The notes: generated by a model not told the origin, from the letters alone. A DNA stretch of 64,000 nucleotides from an uncultured Bacteroidota bacterium (GCA_902587125.1 CACIJW010000001.1:13566-77565), one strand, 5' to 3'; counted from the first letter of the stretch, positions 9,860 through 20,383 are shown. A program made the numbers and translations.

Positions 9860-10100
9860 AGCCGAAATTAAAATTATGCCTCTAAAAAATCTTTTAGATC
9901 CCCAAGGTAAAGCTGTTAGCTCAAATATGAAAAACGTTGGTTTACCTCAGATTTCAAATGTTAGAATTGGCAAACATATAGAATTAGAAGTTATTGCATC
10001 GGATGAAAAAAAAGCTAGTAATATAGTTAGAGATGCATGCAAAAAAATACTCGCCAACGAAATTATGGAGTCTTTCGAATTTGATATTAAAAAATCTTAA
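9846..10100 (+). CDS. purS: Phosphoribosylformylglycinamidine synthase subunit PurS
   Basis: 84 aa from the ATG at 9846 (MNTYKAEIKIMPLKNLLDPQGKAV). The LDPQG block is typical of PurS. The ORF-track extension upstream overlaps pssA. Confidence 0.8.
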   Translation: MNTYKAEIKIMPLKNLLDPQGKAVSSNMKNVGLPQISNVRIGKHIELEVIASDEKKASNIVRDACKKILANEIMESFEFDIKKS

Positions 10101-10823
10101 TTATCTTAACTCAAACTTATCTCCAAGATAGAATTTTCTAGCAAACTCGTCTTTGGAGAGCTCCTCTGAAGTTCCTGACTTAAGAATTTTACCATCAAAT
10201 AGCAAATATGATCGGTCCGTAATTGATAGTGTCTCATGAACATTATGATCAGTAAGTAGAACTCCTATGTTTTTATTTTTGAGTTTCAATATTATGTTTT
10301 GAATTTCTTCAACAGCAATTGGGTCAACGCCTGCAAATGGTTCGTCTAACAATATAAATTTTGGATCACATGCTAGTGCTCTTGCAATTTCGGTTCTTCT
10401 TCTTTCACCACCAGATAAAGTTGACCCGATACTGTCCTTTACTTTCTCTAGTTTGAACTCAGAAATTAAAAAGTTGCATTTTCTAATCTGTGAGGATTTG
10501 TTATTTCCCATCATCTCTAAAACAGATAAAATATTTTCTTTTACAGATAAACCAGTAAATATTGATGGCTCTTGAGGTAAGTAGCCCATACCTTTTCTAG
10601 CTCTTTTGTACATAGGAAGTTTTGTAATATCATTACTGTTTAAAAAAACTTTGCCTGAATTTGGCTTTACTAAGCCAACAATTGCATTAAAAAAAGTTGT
10701 TTTACCAGCACCATTTGGTCCTAACAATCCAACAATCTGTCCCCTACTTATTTCTAAAGAAACTTGTTTTACAACATCTCTACTTCCATATTTTTTTGAT
10801 ATTCGAACTGTTTCTAATTTCAT
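10101..10823 (-). CDS. lptB: LPS export ABC transporter ATP-binding protein
   Basis: Walker A is GPNGAGKTT and the signature is LSGGERRR. It is 240 aa and clusters with kdsD. Confidence 0.85.
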   Translation of the reverse strand: MKLETVRISKKYGSRDVVKQVSLEISRGQIVGLLGPNGAGKTTFFNAIVGLVKPNSGKVFLNSNDITKLPMYKRARKGMGYLPQEPSIFTGLSVKENILSVLEMMGNNKSSQIRKCNFLISEFKLEKVKDSIGSTLSGGERRRTEIARALACDPKFILLDEPFAGVDPIAVEEIQNIILKLKNKNIGVLLTDHNVHETLSITDRSYLLFDGKILKSGTSEELSKDEFARKFYLGDKFELR

Positions 10824-11623
10824 GATTTTGGGTTTACATATTTTGAAATTTTTATACTTATTTCATATAAAAACAAAACTGGTAATGATAATAATATTTG
10901 ACTTGTAACATCAGGTGGAGTTATTATAGCTGATAAAATTAGGATAATTACAAGAGAGTGTTTTCTATACTTTTTCATAAATGATTCAGTCAAAATACCA
11001 GCTTTGCTCAGAAAATAAACAAATATTGGTAACTGAAAAATTAATCCATTTGCTAGTGTCAATATTGAAACGGTATTAATATAAGAGGAAAAGCTAATTT
11101 GGTTTTCAATCATTGAACTTACAAAATAACCTCCTAAAAAATTAATTGATAATGGACTTACAACAAAATATCCAAATAAAACTCCAGTAAAAAATAGAAT
11201 TGATGAAAAAAATACTACACCCCTTACTTTAATTTTTTCGTTCTTGTGAAGAGCAGGTTTAATGAATCTCCACATTTCCCAAACAAAATATGGAAATGAA
11301 ATAATTATACCAACAATTAATGATGTTGTAATATGTGCACTAAATTGGCCAGACATACTAATGTTAATTAAATTAAATGGTAAATCTTGAATACAGAAAT
11401 TATCGCTAATCCCAAAAAATCTAGATACTTTACAAATTATCTTATATGTTAAAAAATCAGGATTTTTTATCGCAAATAAAATCTTGTCAAATATTATGTT
11501 CTTAAAGATGAATGCGAGAATAGTAAAGACAAGTGTTACAAATATAGATCTTATAATATGCCACCTCAGCACCTCAAGATGTTCTAAAAAAGACATGTTG
11601 CTAGATTTAGTCATTTTTACCAA
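10820..11623 (-). CDS. tatC: Twin-arginine translocase subunit TatC
   Basis: N-terminal MSFLEHLEVLRWHII and a 6-TM layout typical of TatC. Several in-frame Met start options exist. Confidence 0.85.
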   Translation of the reverse strand: MVKMTKSSNMSFLEHLEVLRWHIIRSIFVTLVFTILAFIFKNIIFDKILFAIKNPDFLTYKIICKVSRFFGISDNFCIQDLPFNLINISMSGQFSAHITTSLIVGIIISFPYFVWEMWRFIKPALHKNEKIKVRGVVFFSSILFFTGVLFGYFVVSPLSINFLGGYFVSSMIENQISFSSYINTVSILTLANGLIFQLPIFVYFLSKAGILTESFMKKYRKHSLVIILILSAIITPPDVTSQILLSLPVLFLYEISIKISKYVNPKS

Positions 11624-12572
11624 GATCTATCAAATCATGCATGTGAAGCAATCCCAAATAATTTGAATCTCTAATTACAACCAAATGCATAATTTTTTTT
11701 TCATTCATAATTTCAAGTGATTCTTTTACATTAAGAGATTCAGCAATAGCTATTGGATTTCTTGTCATAATATCTTTCGCAGACATTTCCTCAAATTTTT
11801 TATTTGACTGAAAAGTTCTTCTCAAATCTCCATCAGTAATTATACCCACAACTCTCTCTTGCTCTGTGACAACAGTAGCTCCTAATCTACTTTTTGTAAT
11901 TTCTAAAATGACATCAAAAACACTATCATTTGTACAAACTTGTGTTTTTTTCAAAAATATTTCAGAAACAGCTTTTTTAAGTTTTAGTCCTAAAGCTCCA
12001 CTTGGATGGACCTCAGAAAAATCTTTAGCAGAAAAATTTCTAAGTTTCATTAATGCTACAGCGATTGCATCACCAATAAGTTGGCACGTAATCAAAGATG
12101 TTGTTGGAGCTATGTTTCCAGCTGATGACTCTTTTTTTATATTATAGATACACTTAAAATTTGACTCAAGAGCTAAAAATGATCTGTTGTTTGAAGTTAA
12201 AGCTATAATTGGAATATTTTTCTTTTTCAAGAAATTTATTATTTTTTTTATCTCATAAGTATTTCCACTTTTAGAAATTAACATAACAATATCGTCTTCA
12301 TTAATAACTCCTAAATCTCCATGTACAGCATCATTACCATGTAAATAATAAGCATTTTGTTTAGTTGAAATTAATGTTGAGACTATTTTTTTTGAAATTA
12401 TAGCATTTTTACCTACTCCAGTTATTACAAGTTTACCTTTACACTCATAAATTTTAGTTACAATATCACACAGCTGTTCATTTAAAATAGATTTATTTCT
12501 TTCAATATTTTCAATCTGATGATTAAAAACATCTGTTAAAATACTCTTGATTTTTTTATTATGATTTATCAT
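11607..12572 (-). CDS. kdsD: Arabinose-5-phosphate isomerase (KpsF/KdsD; SIS domain plus two CBS domains)
   Basis: SIS block VITGVGKNAIISKKI and a tandem CBS C-terminus. 321 aa. Confidence 0.85.
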   Translation of the reverse strand: MINHNKKIKSILTDVFNHQIENIERNKSILNEQLCDIVTKIYECKGKLVITGVGKNAIISKKIVSTLISTKQNAYYLHGNDAVHGDLGVINEDDIVMLISKSGNTYEIKKIINFLKKKNIPIIALTSNNRSFLALESNFKCIYNIKKESSAGNIAPTTSLITCQLIGDAIAVALMKLRNFSAKDFSEVHPSGALGLKLKKAVSEIFLKKTQVCTNDSVFDVILEITKSRLGATVVTEQERVVGIITDGDLRRTFQSNKKFEEMSAKDIMTRNPIAIAESLNVKESLEIMNEKKIMHLVVIRDSNYLGLLHMHDLIDLGKND

Positions 12573-12606
12573 ATAAATAAATTAATTCAACTTATAAATT
12601 ATAAAA

Positions 12607-12614
12607 CAAAAGTA
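12607..12614 (-). promoter_or_regulatory. -7 promoter box TACTTTTG for the kdsD-tatC-lptB operon
   Basis: The plus strand reads CAAAAGTA, the reverse complement of TAnnTTTG. There are 34 nt between the box and the kdsD ATG (12572). Confidence 0.4.
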
Positions 12615-12630
12615 TTATTTTTAGGTTTAT

Positions 12631-14829
12631 TTGAATAGTTTGAAAACAGTAAATAAAACTGACTTATATCTAGAACTTAAAAAAAACTTTGGTTTTAATT
12701 CTTTTAAAGGACGCCAAGAAGAGATAATCTTAAATTTATTAGAAGAAAAGGATTCAATGGTAATTATGCCAACTGGTGGTGGTAAATCAATGTGTTACCA
12801 ACTACCTGCACTTATCTCAAGTGGTACAGCAATTGTCATATCTCCATTAATTGCTTTAATGAAAAATCAAGTTGATTTACTAAGAGGGTTTAGCAAATCA
12901 GACAATATAGCGCATGTTCTTAATTCATCATTATCAAAAACTGAAACTGAAACTGTTAAAAGCGATTTGTATTCAAAAAAGACAAAGTTATTATATGTAG
13001 CTCCAGAGTCACTAATAAAAGATTCAATAATTGATTTATTAAAAAAAATTGAAATAAGTTTTTATGCAATTGACGAGGCACATTGCATTTCAGAGTGGGG
13101 ACATGATTTTAGACCAGAATATAGAAAATTAAGACAAATTTTTGAAAAAATTAAAATTGCTCCAATAATAGCACTTACAGCAACGGCTACCCCAAAAGTA
13201 AGAAATGACATTAAAAAAAATTTAAAAATTGAAAATGCAAAATTATTTATTGACTCGTTTAACAGAAATAATTTATTTTATGAAATCAAGCCAAAAGTTG
13301 AACCTGCAAAGCAAATTATAAAGTTTATTAAAGAACGTGAAGGGCAATCAGGTATTGTTTATTGCTTAAGTAGAAAAAAAGTAGAACAAATAGCTGAAAT
13401 TTTAATAGTAAATGGAATTAAAGCTTTACCGTATCATGCTGGCTTAGAGTCTAAGGTGAGAATGCAAAATCAAGATGCCTTTCTAATGGAAGAATGCGAC
13501 GTTATAGTTGCAACAATAGCATTTGGAATGGGTATTGATAAACCTGATATTCGATTTGTTGTACATCATGATATTCCAAAAAGCTTGGAAGGTTATTACC
13601 AAGAGACAGGAAGAGCAGGAAGAGATGGAGGTAAAGGAGACTGTTTGACTTTGTACGATTATAAAGATATCGAAAAACTTGAAAAATTTCTTCAATCAAA
13701 ACCAATATCAGAGCAAGAACTTGGTAAATTGATGATAATGGAAACAATAGCATTTTCTGAAACATCTCTTTGTAGAAGAAAATATTTACTTCATTACTTT
13801 GGCGAAAATTTTGATGAAAACAAATGCAATGATATGTGCGATAATTGTAAAAGTCCTAAGCCAAAAATTGACGGTAAAAGATTCATTGTTGACCTTCTTG
13901 AATGTATACAAGCATGTAACGAAAGTTTTAAATCAAAAGAGATAGCAAAAATAATGGTTGGGGAAAGCAATAGTTTAATTAATCAGTATAAAGATATTGT
14001 TTCGAAAATTTCTGGAATTGGTAAAGAAAAATCGGTTCAGTTTTGGCACTCTATTTTAAGACAAATATATGTTAAAGGGCTAATTAATAAAGAAATTGAA
14101 TCTTATGGAACAATTAAACTAACGCAACTAGGAAAGGATTTTATTGATAATCCTGTATCATTTGAAATTACTGAGGATCATGACTATAACAAATTAAGCT
14201 CACAAGCGATCAATACTGTTCAAAAAGGAGAATCTTTAGATAAAAATTTATTCTTTTTGCTTAAAGATCTAAGAAAAAAAGAAGCAATTAGAATTTCTCT
14301 TCCACCGTCTATAATTTTTTCAGAGCCATCACTAATAGAAATGAGTAATATGTACCCAATTACAATTGAGGAAATTTCAAATATTTCAGGTGTTGGAAGC
14401 GGAAAGGCTACAAAATATGGAATTCCTTTCATTAAACTTATTGAAGAATATGTTAAAGAAAATAATATTGAGAGACCTAACGAAATGATTGTGAAAAGTG
14501 TAGCAAATAAAGGAAATAACAAAATTCATATTATACAATCACTAGATAAAAAACTTAATTTGGAGGATATTGCTAGAGGAATAGGCCTAGAGAACAGTGA
14601 ACTTATTGATGAAATTGAATCAATTGTCGAGTCTGGAACAAAATTAAATTTAAATCATATTATTTCTGATTTTATAAATGAAGAAGATCTTGAAGAGATT
14701 ATTGATTTTTTTAAAGAATCAGAAAATTTCTCTTTTGATGAGGCACGTGAAGAGTTTGAAGAGGATGAGTTCAGTGATGATGAAATCAGACTATTGAGAA
14801 TTGAATTTATTTCTAGTGTTGGCAATTAA
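12631..14829 (+). CDS. recQ: ATP-dependent DNA helicase RecQ
   Basis: Walker A is PTGGGKS and the DEAH box is DEAHCISEWGHDFRPEY. A Zn-finger Cys cluster, an RQC region and a C-terminal HRDC-like region are present. The apparent start codon is TTG. Confidence 0.92.
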   Translation: MNSLKTVNKTDLYLELKKNFGFNSFKGRQEEIILNLLEEKDSMVIMPTGGGKSMCYQLPALISSGTAIVISPLIALMKNQVDLLRGFSKSDNIAHVLNSSLSKTETETVKSDLYSKKTKLLYVAPESLIKDSIIDLLKKIEISFYAIDEAHCISEWGHDFRPEYRKLRQIFEKIKIAPIIALTATATPKVRNDIKKNLKIENAKLFIDSFNRNNLFYEIKPKVEPAKQIIKFIKEREGQSGIVYCLSRKKVEQIAEILIVNGIKALPYHAGLESKVRMQNQDAFLMEECDVIVATIAFGMGIDKPDIRFVVHHDIPKSLEGYYQETGRAGRDGGKGDCLTLYDYKDIEKLEKFLQSKPISEQELGKLMIMETIAFSETSLCRRKYLLHYFGENFDENKCNDMCDNCKSPKPKIDGKRFIVDLLECIQACNESFKSKEIAKIMVGESNSLINQYKDIVSKISGIGKEKSVQFWHSILRQIYVKGLINKEIESYGTIKLTQLGKDFIDNPVSFEITEDHDYNKLSSQAINTVQKGESLDKNLFFLLKDLRKKEAIRISLPPSIIFSEPSLIEMSNMYPITIEEISNISGVGSGKATKYGIPFIKLIEEYVKENNIERPNEMIVKSVANKGNNKIHIIQSLDKKLNLEDIARGIGLENSELIDEIESIVESGTKLNLNHIISDFINEEDLEEIIDFFKESENFSFDEAREEFEEDEFSDDEIRLLRIEFISSVGN

Positions 14830-16018
14830 GATGATTTATCGCAATCCAACTCATCAAACCACAGCCAATTAGCAATGATTTTTCATCAGGATTAAATTTT
14901 GAATTGTGCAAACCGTATCTATTTTTGTCATGCTTATTTGAAACACCAAGCCTGTAAAAGCATGAAGGAACTTTTTTACTGAAATATGCAAAATCCTCCG
15001 CTGTCATTCTTTCATCTAGTTCAACTACATTTTCTTCACCCAAGTACTTTGAAGCAAAGTCTATAGTTTTCTGTGTAATCTCAACATCATTAAATAATGA
15101 CGGATATCCTTTTCTGATTTCTAAAAATACTTTACAACTACTTTCTTTTTCAATTACCGAAACTATTTTTCTAATATTTTCATGGCTTTTTTTTCTAAAA
15201 TCCTCAGACATAGCTCTAAAAGTACCTTTCAATTTTGCTGTTTTAGGAATAATATTAGTAGAGCCCTTAGAAATAAAGTCTCCAATTGAAAAAATATGTT
15301 TATTAGATTTCTTTTTTTTAAAGCACGAGTTTAGTTCATAGACTAACTGAGATGCAACTGAAATTGGATTTTTAGATCCCTCAACTATTGCGGCATGACC
15401 ATTTTGCCCTTCAACGTTAATATATATTTCATCAGTGGAAGCCATATACTGCCCCTTTCTAAATCCTACTTTTCCAACATCTAATTCAGTATACACATGC
15501 TGTGCTAATGCAATATTAACATTTGGATTTTTTAAAACACCTTGACTAATCATCTGAGCTGCACCGCCAGGCAACATCTCCTCAGCAGGCTGAAATATAA
15601 ACTTAATTGTGCCACTAAATTTATGTCTTAAAGAATTAAGAATTTTTATTACGCCCAATAAAGATGCAGTATGTAAATCATGTCCACATGCATGCATGAC
15701 TCCTGGATTTTTAGATTTAAAATTTAAATTAGTATCTTCTTCAATCGGAAGTGCATCAAAATCTGCTCTGAGTGCAATGGTATTTAAACAATTATCATTT
15801 TTCTGCTCAATATCACCAGAAATAACAACAACTATTCCATTCTCAGCAATATTTTCTGCATATGAAATATTCCAATTTTTAAGTAATGATTTTATATATT
15901 TTGAAGTTTCATACTCTTTAAATGATAACTCGGGATACATATGCAAATGCCTTCTTATCGATACAATTTCATCAAAAATTTCTTTTGACTTTTCTTTGAT
16001 TGTTTCTAATAAGAGCAT
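14813..16018 (-). CDS. M20-family amidohydrolase (N-acyl-amino acid amidohydrolase / hippurate hydrolase type)
   Basis: HACGHD metal-binding motif, RRHLHMYPELSFKE N-terminus, 401 aa. Confidence 0.8.
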   Translation of the reverse strand: MLLLETIKEKSKEIFDEIVSIRRHLHMYPELSFKEYETSKYIKSLLKNWNISYAENIAENGIVVVISGDIEQKNDNCLNTIALRADFDALPIEEDTNLNFKSKNPGVMHACGHDLHTASLLGVIKILNSLRHKFSGTIKFIFQPAEEMLPGGAAQMISQGVLKNPNVNIALAQHVYTELDVGKVGFRKGQYMASTDEIYINVEGQNGHAAIVEGSKNPISVASQLVYELNSCFKKKKSNKHIFSIGDFISKGSTNIIPKTAKLKGTFRAMSEDFRKKSHENIRKIVSVIEKESSCKVFLEIRKGYPSLFNDVEITQKTIDFASKYLGEENVVELDERMTAEDFAYFSKKVPSCFYRLGVSNKHDKNRYGLHNSKFNPDEKSLLIGCGLMSWIAINHLNCQH

Positions 16019-16035
16019 ATGTTTTTTGAGTTAAA

Positions 16036-16043
16036 CAAATATA
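16036..16043 (-). promoter_or_regulatory. -7 promoter box TATATTTG for the M20 amidohydrolase
   Basis: The plus strand reads CAAATATA. There are 17 nt between the box and the ATG at 16018. Confidence 0.4.
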
Positions 16044-16053
16044 CATAACTTAA

Positions 16054-16061
16054 TATATTTG
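16054..16061 (+). promoter_or_regulatory. -7 promoter box TATATTTG for the MBL-fold hydrolase
   Basis: Exact TAnnTTTG match, with 13 nt between the box and the ATG at 16075. It is the exact reverse complement of the divergent box at 16036-16043. Confidence 0.4.
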
Positions 16062-16074
16062 TATAAAAACAATA

Positions 16075-16725
16075 ATGATCAAAGTAAAAAAATTCACCTT
16101 CAATCCTTTTCAAGAAAATACCTATATAATAAGTAATGAAAAAAAAGAATGTATAATCATTGATCCTGGCTGCAGTAATTTGAATGAAGAGAAAGAAATT
16201 AATTTTTACATAGAGAATAATAATCTTTGTCCTAAATACCTATTAAACACACATTGTCATATTGATCATATTTTAGGCAATAATTTTATTAAAAGCAATT
16301 GGGATGTAAAATTTGGAATTCATAAATTAGAAAATGAGCTTTTAAAAAATTCTAAAACTATAGCTAATAACTATGGAATAGAAAATTTTAAAGAGTCTCC
16401 AAAACCAGATTTTTTCATTCAGGAAAATCAGCTTATTGAAATATTTGAATTAAAATTAAAAACAATTTCATGTCCTGGCCATTCACCTGGGCACATTTTA
16501 TTTTACGAAGAAAAAAAAGAAATTATGTTTTCAGGTGATTTAATTTTTAAAAATAGTATTGGAAGATATGATTTACCAGGATCAGACTATCAAACTCTTT
16601 GCAACTCAATTAGAAAAGTTTGTTTGATTGAAAAAAATGTGAAAATACATAGCGGTCATGGACCAATCACAACTTTAGATATCGAAAAAAAGATGAATCC
16701 TTTTATATTACAAATTCATCAATAA
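16075..16725 (+). CDS. MBL-fold metallo-hydrolase (glyoxalase II-like)
   Basis: HxHxDH motif (HCHIDHILG). 216 aa. Confidence 0.8.
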   Translation: MIKVKKFTFNPFQENTYIISNEKKECIIIDPGCSNLNEEKEINFYIENNNLCPKYLLNTHCHIDHILGNNFIKSNWDVKFGIHKLENELLKNSKTIANNYGIENFKESPKPDFFIQENQLIEIFELKLKTISCPGHSPGHILFYEEKKEIMFSGDLIFKNSIGRYDLPGSDYQTLCNSIRKVCLIEKNVKIHSGHGPITTLDIEKKMNPFILQIHQ

Positions 16726-17011
16726 ATTCTAATTCTGTTCTGAAGGAGAGCGCGGAGTCACCAAATTTTTCAAATGATTTTTGTCTTAACTGATTGGAAT
16801 AATTCTTCTTATATGACTCGAGTTTACTACTATTTTCAGCATAATATGCAATTGCATATGTTAATTCTTTATCAGAAATAATTCTTGAAAGAACAGCTTT
16901 TTTAAATAGTCTAGTTGAAAGTACCTCAGGTATATGTTCTTGTCTTATCCACTCTACCCATCTAGAATGAATATTTTCATTTAAAGTAACAGTAACATTA
17001 TAAATTATCAT
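16703..17011 (-). CDS. DUF4286-like small protein
   Basis: 102 aa. The N-terminus MIIYNVTVTLNENIHSRWVEWIRQEHIPEVL matches my recollection of the DUF4286 family pattern. Confidence 0.55.
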   Translation of the reverse strand: MIIYNVTVTLNENIHSRWVEWIRQEHIPEVLSTRLFKKAVLSRIISDKELTYAIAYYAENSSKLESYKKNYSNQLRQKSFEKFGDSALSFRTELEFIDEFVI

Positions 17012-18794
17012 TTTGTTTTATTTGAATACTTCTTATTTTTTTTCTACTAAAATCGTAATAAATACTTCCTTGAAATTTTTCAATAATAATATTATAATTT
17101 AAGAGTGCCAGATTAATGTCATTAATTTTTTCATCATAAATTTTAGCTAAATAGTAAGTAGCATCATCAGCTAAAATATCATTAAGATTATAGTCTAGTA
17201 TTTTATTTAGTGCAAAAATACAATTGTCAAAATCTTCAAGCTTATAATAAATTTTATACTTTTCGAACAATGCCTCATCAACAAGTGAATGAAATTGATA
17301 TTTATTAATTAATGAATCATACAGAGATAACGCCTCAATATATTTTCTTTGATATGCTAACATTTCTGCTTTTGCATAAATTCTCATAACTATGTCAGTT
17401 GTATCTAAAGACAAGTTATCTGTAATTAGAAGCGATAAATCTATTGCATCATTTGAAATTAATTTTGATGTGGATCTTTTTAATACATCTAATTGAGCTT
17501 GGGCAACTTCAAAGTCTCCATTATAATAGTATACTTTTGCAATTTTAAGTTTTGCTTTATGTCCAATGGGATTTTCTTTGAATTTTTTTTCTACTTGCGA
17601 ATAGTATATCAAAGCTTCCCATATTCTACCATCATAAACTAAAATATCAGAATAATTTAATTTTGCTTCAGCCATATCTACTTCATCTTTGATATTATCT
17701 AGATTCAGAATTTTTAAAAATATTTTTTCCGATGATTCATAATCATTGTTATGTAAAGCCTGGAATTTTGCATATGCTGAATAAAAATTAATTGTGATTT
17801 TGTTTAAAGGAAAGTCTAATTCGTAATTATCATAATTTTCTCTAACCTCTTTAATCAATTGCTGATTATCTGAGACAAATGCAAGATTTATCTTCTGAGC
17901 ATGTGCTTGATAAAAAAGCTTATCTTTTTTGTTTTTTGAAATAATATAATTGTAAACTTTATTAGCCTGCATGTATTTCTTTTCCTCCTGCAAAAGACTT
18001 GCTATATCAAGCAAAGTAAAATCGTAATCTCCAAACTTTAAATCCATAGAAACACTTTGCCTGTAAGCCATTTCATAATTTTTATTTTGGATGAAATACC
18101 AAACTAAAAGGTCTGAGTATATTGGATTTTTTGAATTTTTGTTTGAGTAAGATATGAGAAACTTCTTTAATGATTTATTAAAAGTTTCATTTTTTATACC
18201 AAAATTATAGATTGTTTTTTGAAATTTATTTCGAACATACAATTCTCTTGAAGCATTATATTCGAGAAGATCTAGCAGACAAGTGATCATTTTATCATAG
18301 TCTTGCAAAGAAGAATAGTTTTCAGCTTTTTGAATCAAATAATTAGTTCTGTTATTATCATTTTCAGTTGCATCCAAAACTTTAATTGCAAAATCATACA
18401 TTTCGTTTCTATTAAAATTATTGGAAATTGTTAATGCTTGACTAGGCTTTGTTTTTAATTCTTTGATTAAGATATTGAGATTTTTACTAGCTTGTGACTT
18501 ATCATTATTTTTTCTTTCGAAAATAATAACATCAGAAAGATATCTTAAGTTATTTTTATCTCTTAGATACATTTTTTGAGCAACTTTTTTTGCTTCTTTA
18601 TACTTACTTAAAGCATTTAAGCTATATAAATATGAGCTATAAAATCTTGGTAATTTATTTGAGGGTAGCTTCTCATAAATCTGAACAGCTTTCTCATAAT
18701 CACCTTTTGAAAAAAGACTTTGAGCCTTTTGCACATCATTGTTTTGTGAAATAGAAATAAATGGTATGAGTAATAAAAGTATGATAAACCTCAT
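16998..18794 (-). CDS. Tetratricopeptide-repeat protein with signal peptide
   Basis: 598 aa with an N-terminal signal peptide. TPR-like A/Y/L periodicity recurs (for example KAQSLFSKGDYEKAVQIYEK). It overlaps serS by 4 nt. Confidence 0.6.
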   Translation of the reverse strand: MRFIILLLLIPFISISQNNDVQKAQSLFSKGDYEKAVQIYEKLPSNKLPRFYSSYLYSLNALSKYKEAKKVAQKMYLRDKNNLRYLSDVIIFERKNNDKSQASKNLNILIKELKTKPSQALTISNNFNRNEMYDFAIKVLDATENDNNRTNYLIQKAENYSSLQDYDKMITCLLDLLEYNASRELYVRNKFQKTIYNFGIKNETFNKSLKKFLISYSNKNSKNPIYSDLLVWYFIQNKNYEMAYRQSVSMDLKFGDYDFTLLDIASLLQEEKKYMQANKVYNYIISKNKKDKLFYQAHAQKINLAFVSDNQQLIKEVRENYDNYELDFPLNKITINFYSAYAKFQALHNNDYESSEKIFLKILNLDNIKDEVDMAEAKLNYSDILVYDGRIWEALIYYSQVEKKFKENPIGHKAKLKIAKVYYYNGDFEVAQAQLDVLKRSTSKLISNDAIDLSLLITDNLSLDTTDIVMRIYAKAEMLAYQRKYIEALSLYDSLINKYQFHSLVDEALFEKYKIYYKLEDFDNCIFALNKILDYNLNDILADDATYYLAKIYDEKINDINLALLNYNIIIEKFQGSIYYDFSRKKIRSIQIKQNDNL

Positions 18795-20068
18795 AAGTCT
18801 ATCTTACTAAAGCCTGTATACTTTTGAAGTACTTTTGGAATTTCAATAAAATTCTTTTTTTGAAAAGTTTCAATTATTGTAGAAAATATTCTTGGTAGGG
18901 CTAAAGAACTACCATTTAACGTATGACATAATTTTATTTTTCCAGAAGTATCTTTATACCTTAATTTTAATCTATTAGATTGGTAAGTCTTGAAATTTGA
19001 AATGGAACTTACTTCAAGCCATTTGTTTTGGCCTGGAGAAAAGACTTCAAAATCATATGTTAAAGATGATGTAAATCCCAAATCTCCCCCACATAATTTT
19101 ACTAATCTATATGAAAGCCCCAGTTCAATTAAAATGGATTCAACATGCTTAATCATATTGTTTAGGGCTTGTTCAGATTTTTCTTGTTCTTGTATTTCTA
19201 CAATCTCTACTTTTTCAAACTGATGCAATCTATTTAGTCCCCTAACATTTTTACCATAAGATCCTGCTTCTCTTCTAAAACAGGGTGAGTAGGAGGTGCA
19301 TTTTATTGGCAAGTCATTGTATGCAAGTACATTATCTCTATAAATATTTGTAATTGGAACTTCAGAAGTAGGAATTAAATATAGATTATCGTTACTAATA
19401 TGATACATCTGACTGTCTTTATCAGGAAGTTGACCTGTCCCAAAAGCGGAATCCTCATTTACTAAAAAAGGTGGTAAATATTCTTCGTAGCCATTTTTTG
19501 TATTCTTATCTAAAAAATATGAAATTAAAGATCGTTGCAGCTTTGAACCTTTTCCTTTGTAAATTGGAAAACCTGAGCCTGTAACTTTAGTTCCATTTTT
19601 AAAATCTATCAGCTTGTATTTTTCACATAAATCCCAATGTGAATATATTTTTTCACTGTATGTTTTTTCATTAACTAAAGACCTAATGATTTGATTATCA
19701 GATTCTTTTGACCCCTCAGGAACTGAAGGATCAGGTATATTAGGCAACTTAAGCAGCCCCTCTTTTATTTGAGCCTCTATTTCTTTTAGCTCTGCTTGAA
19801 GCAATTTAATTTCCTCTTTTAAATTTGATGACTCTTTTTTTAATTTTTGAATTAATGGACTTTTTATATCGCTTGAAAATAATTCACCTATTTGTTTTGC
19901 AATTTGCTTCGATTTATTTAATTTCTCATCACTATTTTTTTGAATACTTTTTCTTCTATGATCTAAGCTTAAAAGAGTATCAATATCTGAGGAAAAATCA
20001 GTTCCTCTTTTTTTGAGTAATTCAACAATACGTGTAGTATTTGAGCTTAAGTTCTTTATTTCAATCAT
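18791..20068 (-). CDS. serS: Serine--tRNA ligase
   Basis: N-terminal coiled-coil arm. Class II motifs include FRREAGS and TSEV. 425 aa. Confidence 0.92.
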   Translation of the reverse strand: MIEIKNLSSNTTRIVELLKKRGTDFSSDIDTLLSLDHRRKSIQKNSDEKLNKSKQIAKQIGELFSSDIKSPLIQKLKKESSNLKEEIKLLQAELKEIEAQIKEGLLKLPNIPDPSVPEGSKESDNQIIRSLVNEKTYSEKIYSHWDLCEKYKLIDFKNGTKVTGSGFPIYKGKGSKLQRSLISYFLDKNTKNGYEEYLPPFLVNEDSAFGTGQLPDKDSQMYHISNDNLYLIPTSEVPITNIYRDNVLAYNDLPIKCTSYSPCFRREAGSYGKNVRGLNRLHQFEKVEIVEIQEQEKSEQALNNMIKHVESILIELGLSYRLVKLCGGDLGFTSSLTYDFEVFSPGQNKWLEVSSISNFKTYQSNRLKLRYKDTSGKIKLCHTLNGSSLALPRIFSTIIETFQKKNFIEIPKVLQKYTGFSKIDL

Positions 20069-20072
20069 TTAA

Positions 20073-20080
20073 CAAAAATA
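20073..20080 (-). promoter_or_regulatory. -7 promoter box TATTTTTG for serS
   Basis: The plus strand reads CAAAAATA, 4 nt (TTAA) from the serS ATG at 20068. Confidence 0.45.
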
Positions 20081-20123
20081 AGAAACAGAGTAAACTAAAT
20101 AGAATTTGATTTGAAAATGTTAA

Positions 20124-20378
20124 TTATGATTCAACTACAGAAACAAAAGATTTGTTATTTTGAGATTTCTTAAAAGTAACTGTACCATGCTTTAAAGCAA
20201 ATAATGTATGATCTTTCCCAATTCCAACATTTTTTCCAGGCTTGTGAACAGTACCTCTTTGTCTAACGATTATATTACCAGCTTTTACAGACTGACCACC
20301 ATAGATTTTTACACCAAGTCTTTTACTGTGTGAATCTCTTCCGTTTTTTGTACTTCCTGCACCTTTTTTATGAGCCAT
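20124..20378 (-). CDS. rpmA: 50S ribosomal protein L27
   Basis: [24 protein letters not shown] is the canonical L27 N-terminus. Confidence 0.95.
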   Translation of the reverse strand: MAHKKGAGSTKNGRDSHSKRLGVKIYGGQSVKAGNIIVRQRGTVHKPGKNVGIGKDHTLFALKHGTVTFKKSQNNKSFVSVVES

Positions 20379-20383
20379 TTATG

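Noticed and set aside
12940-12960. Short tandem repeat ACTGAA x2.5 inside recQ, and other short in-gene low-complexity runs (for example GGxGG codons at about 63400-63420)
   Set aside because: They are in frame, encode ordinary peptide (KTETETVK, SGGGSGG) and are too short to be more than chance or slippage remnants.
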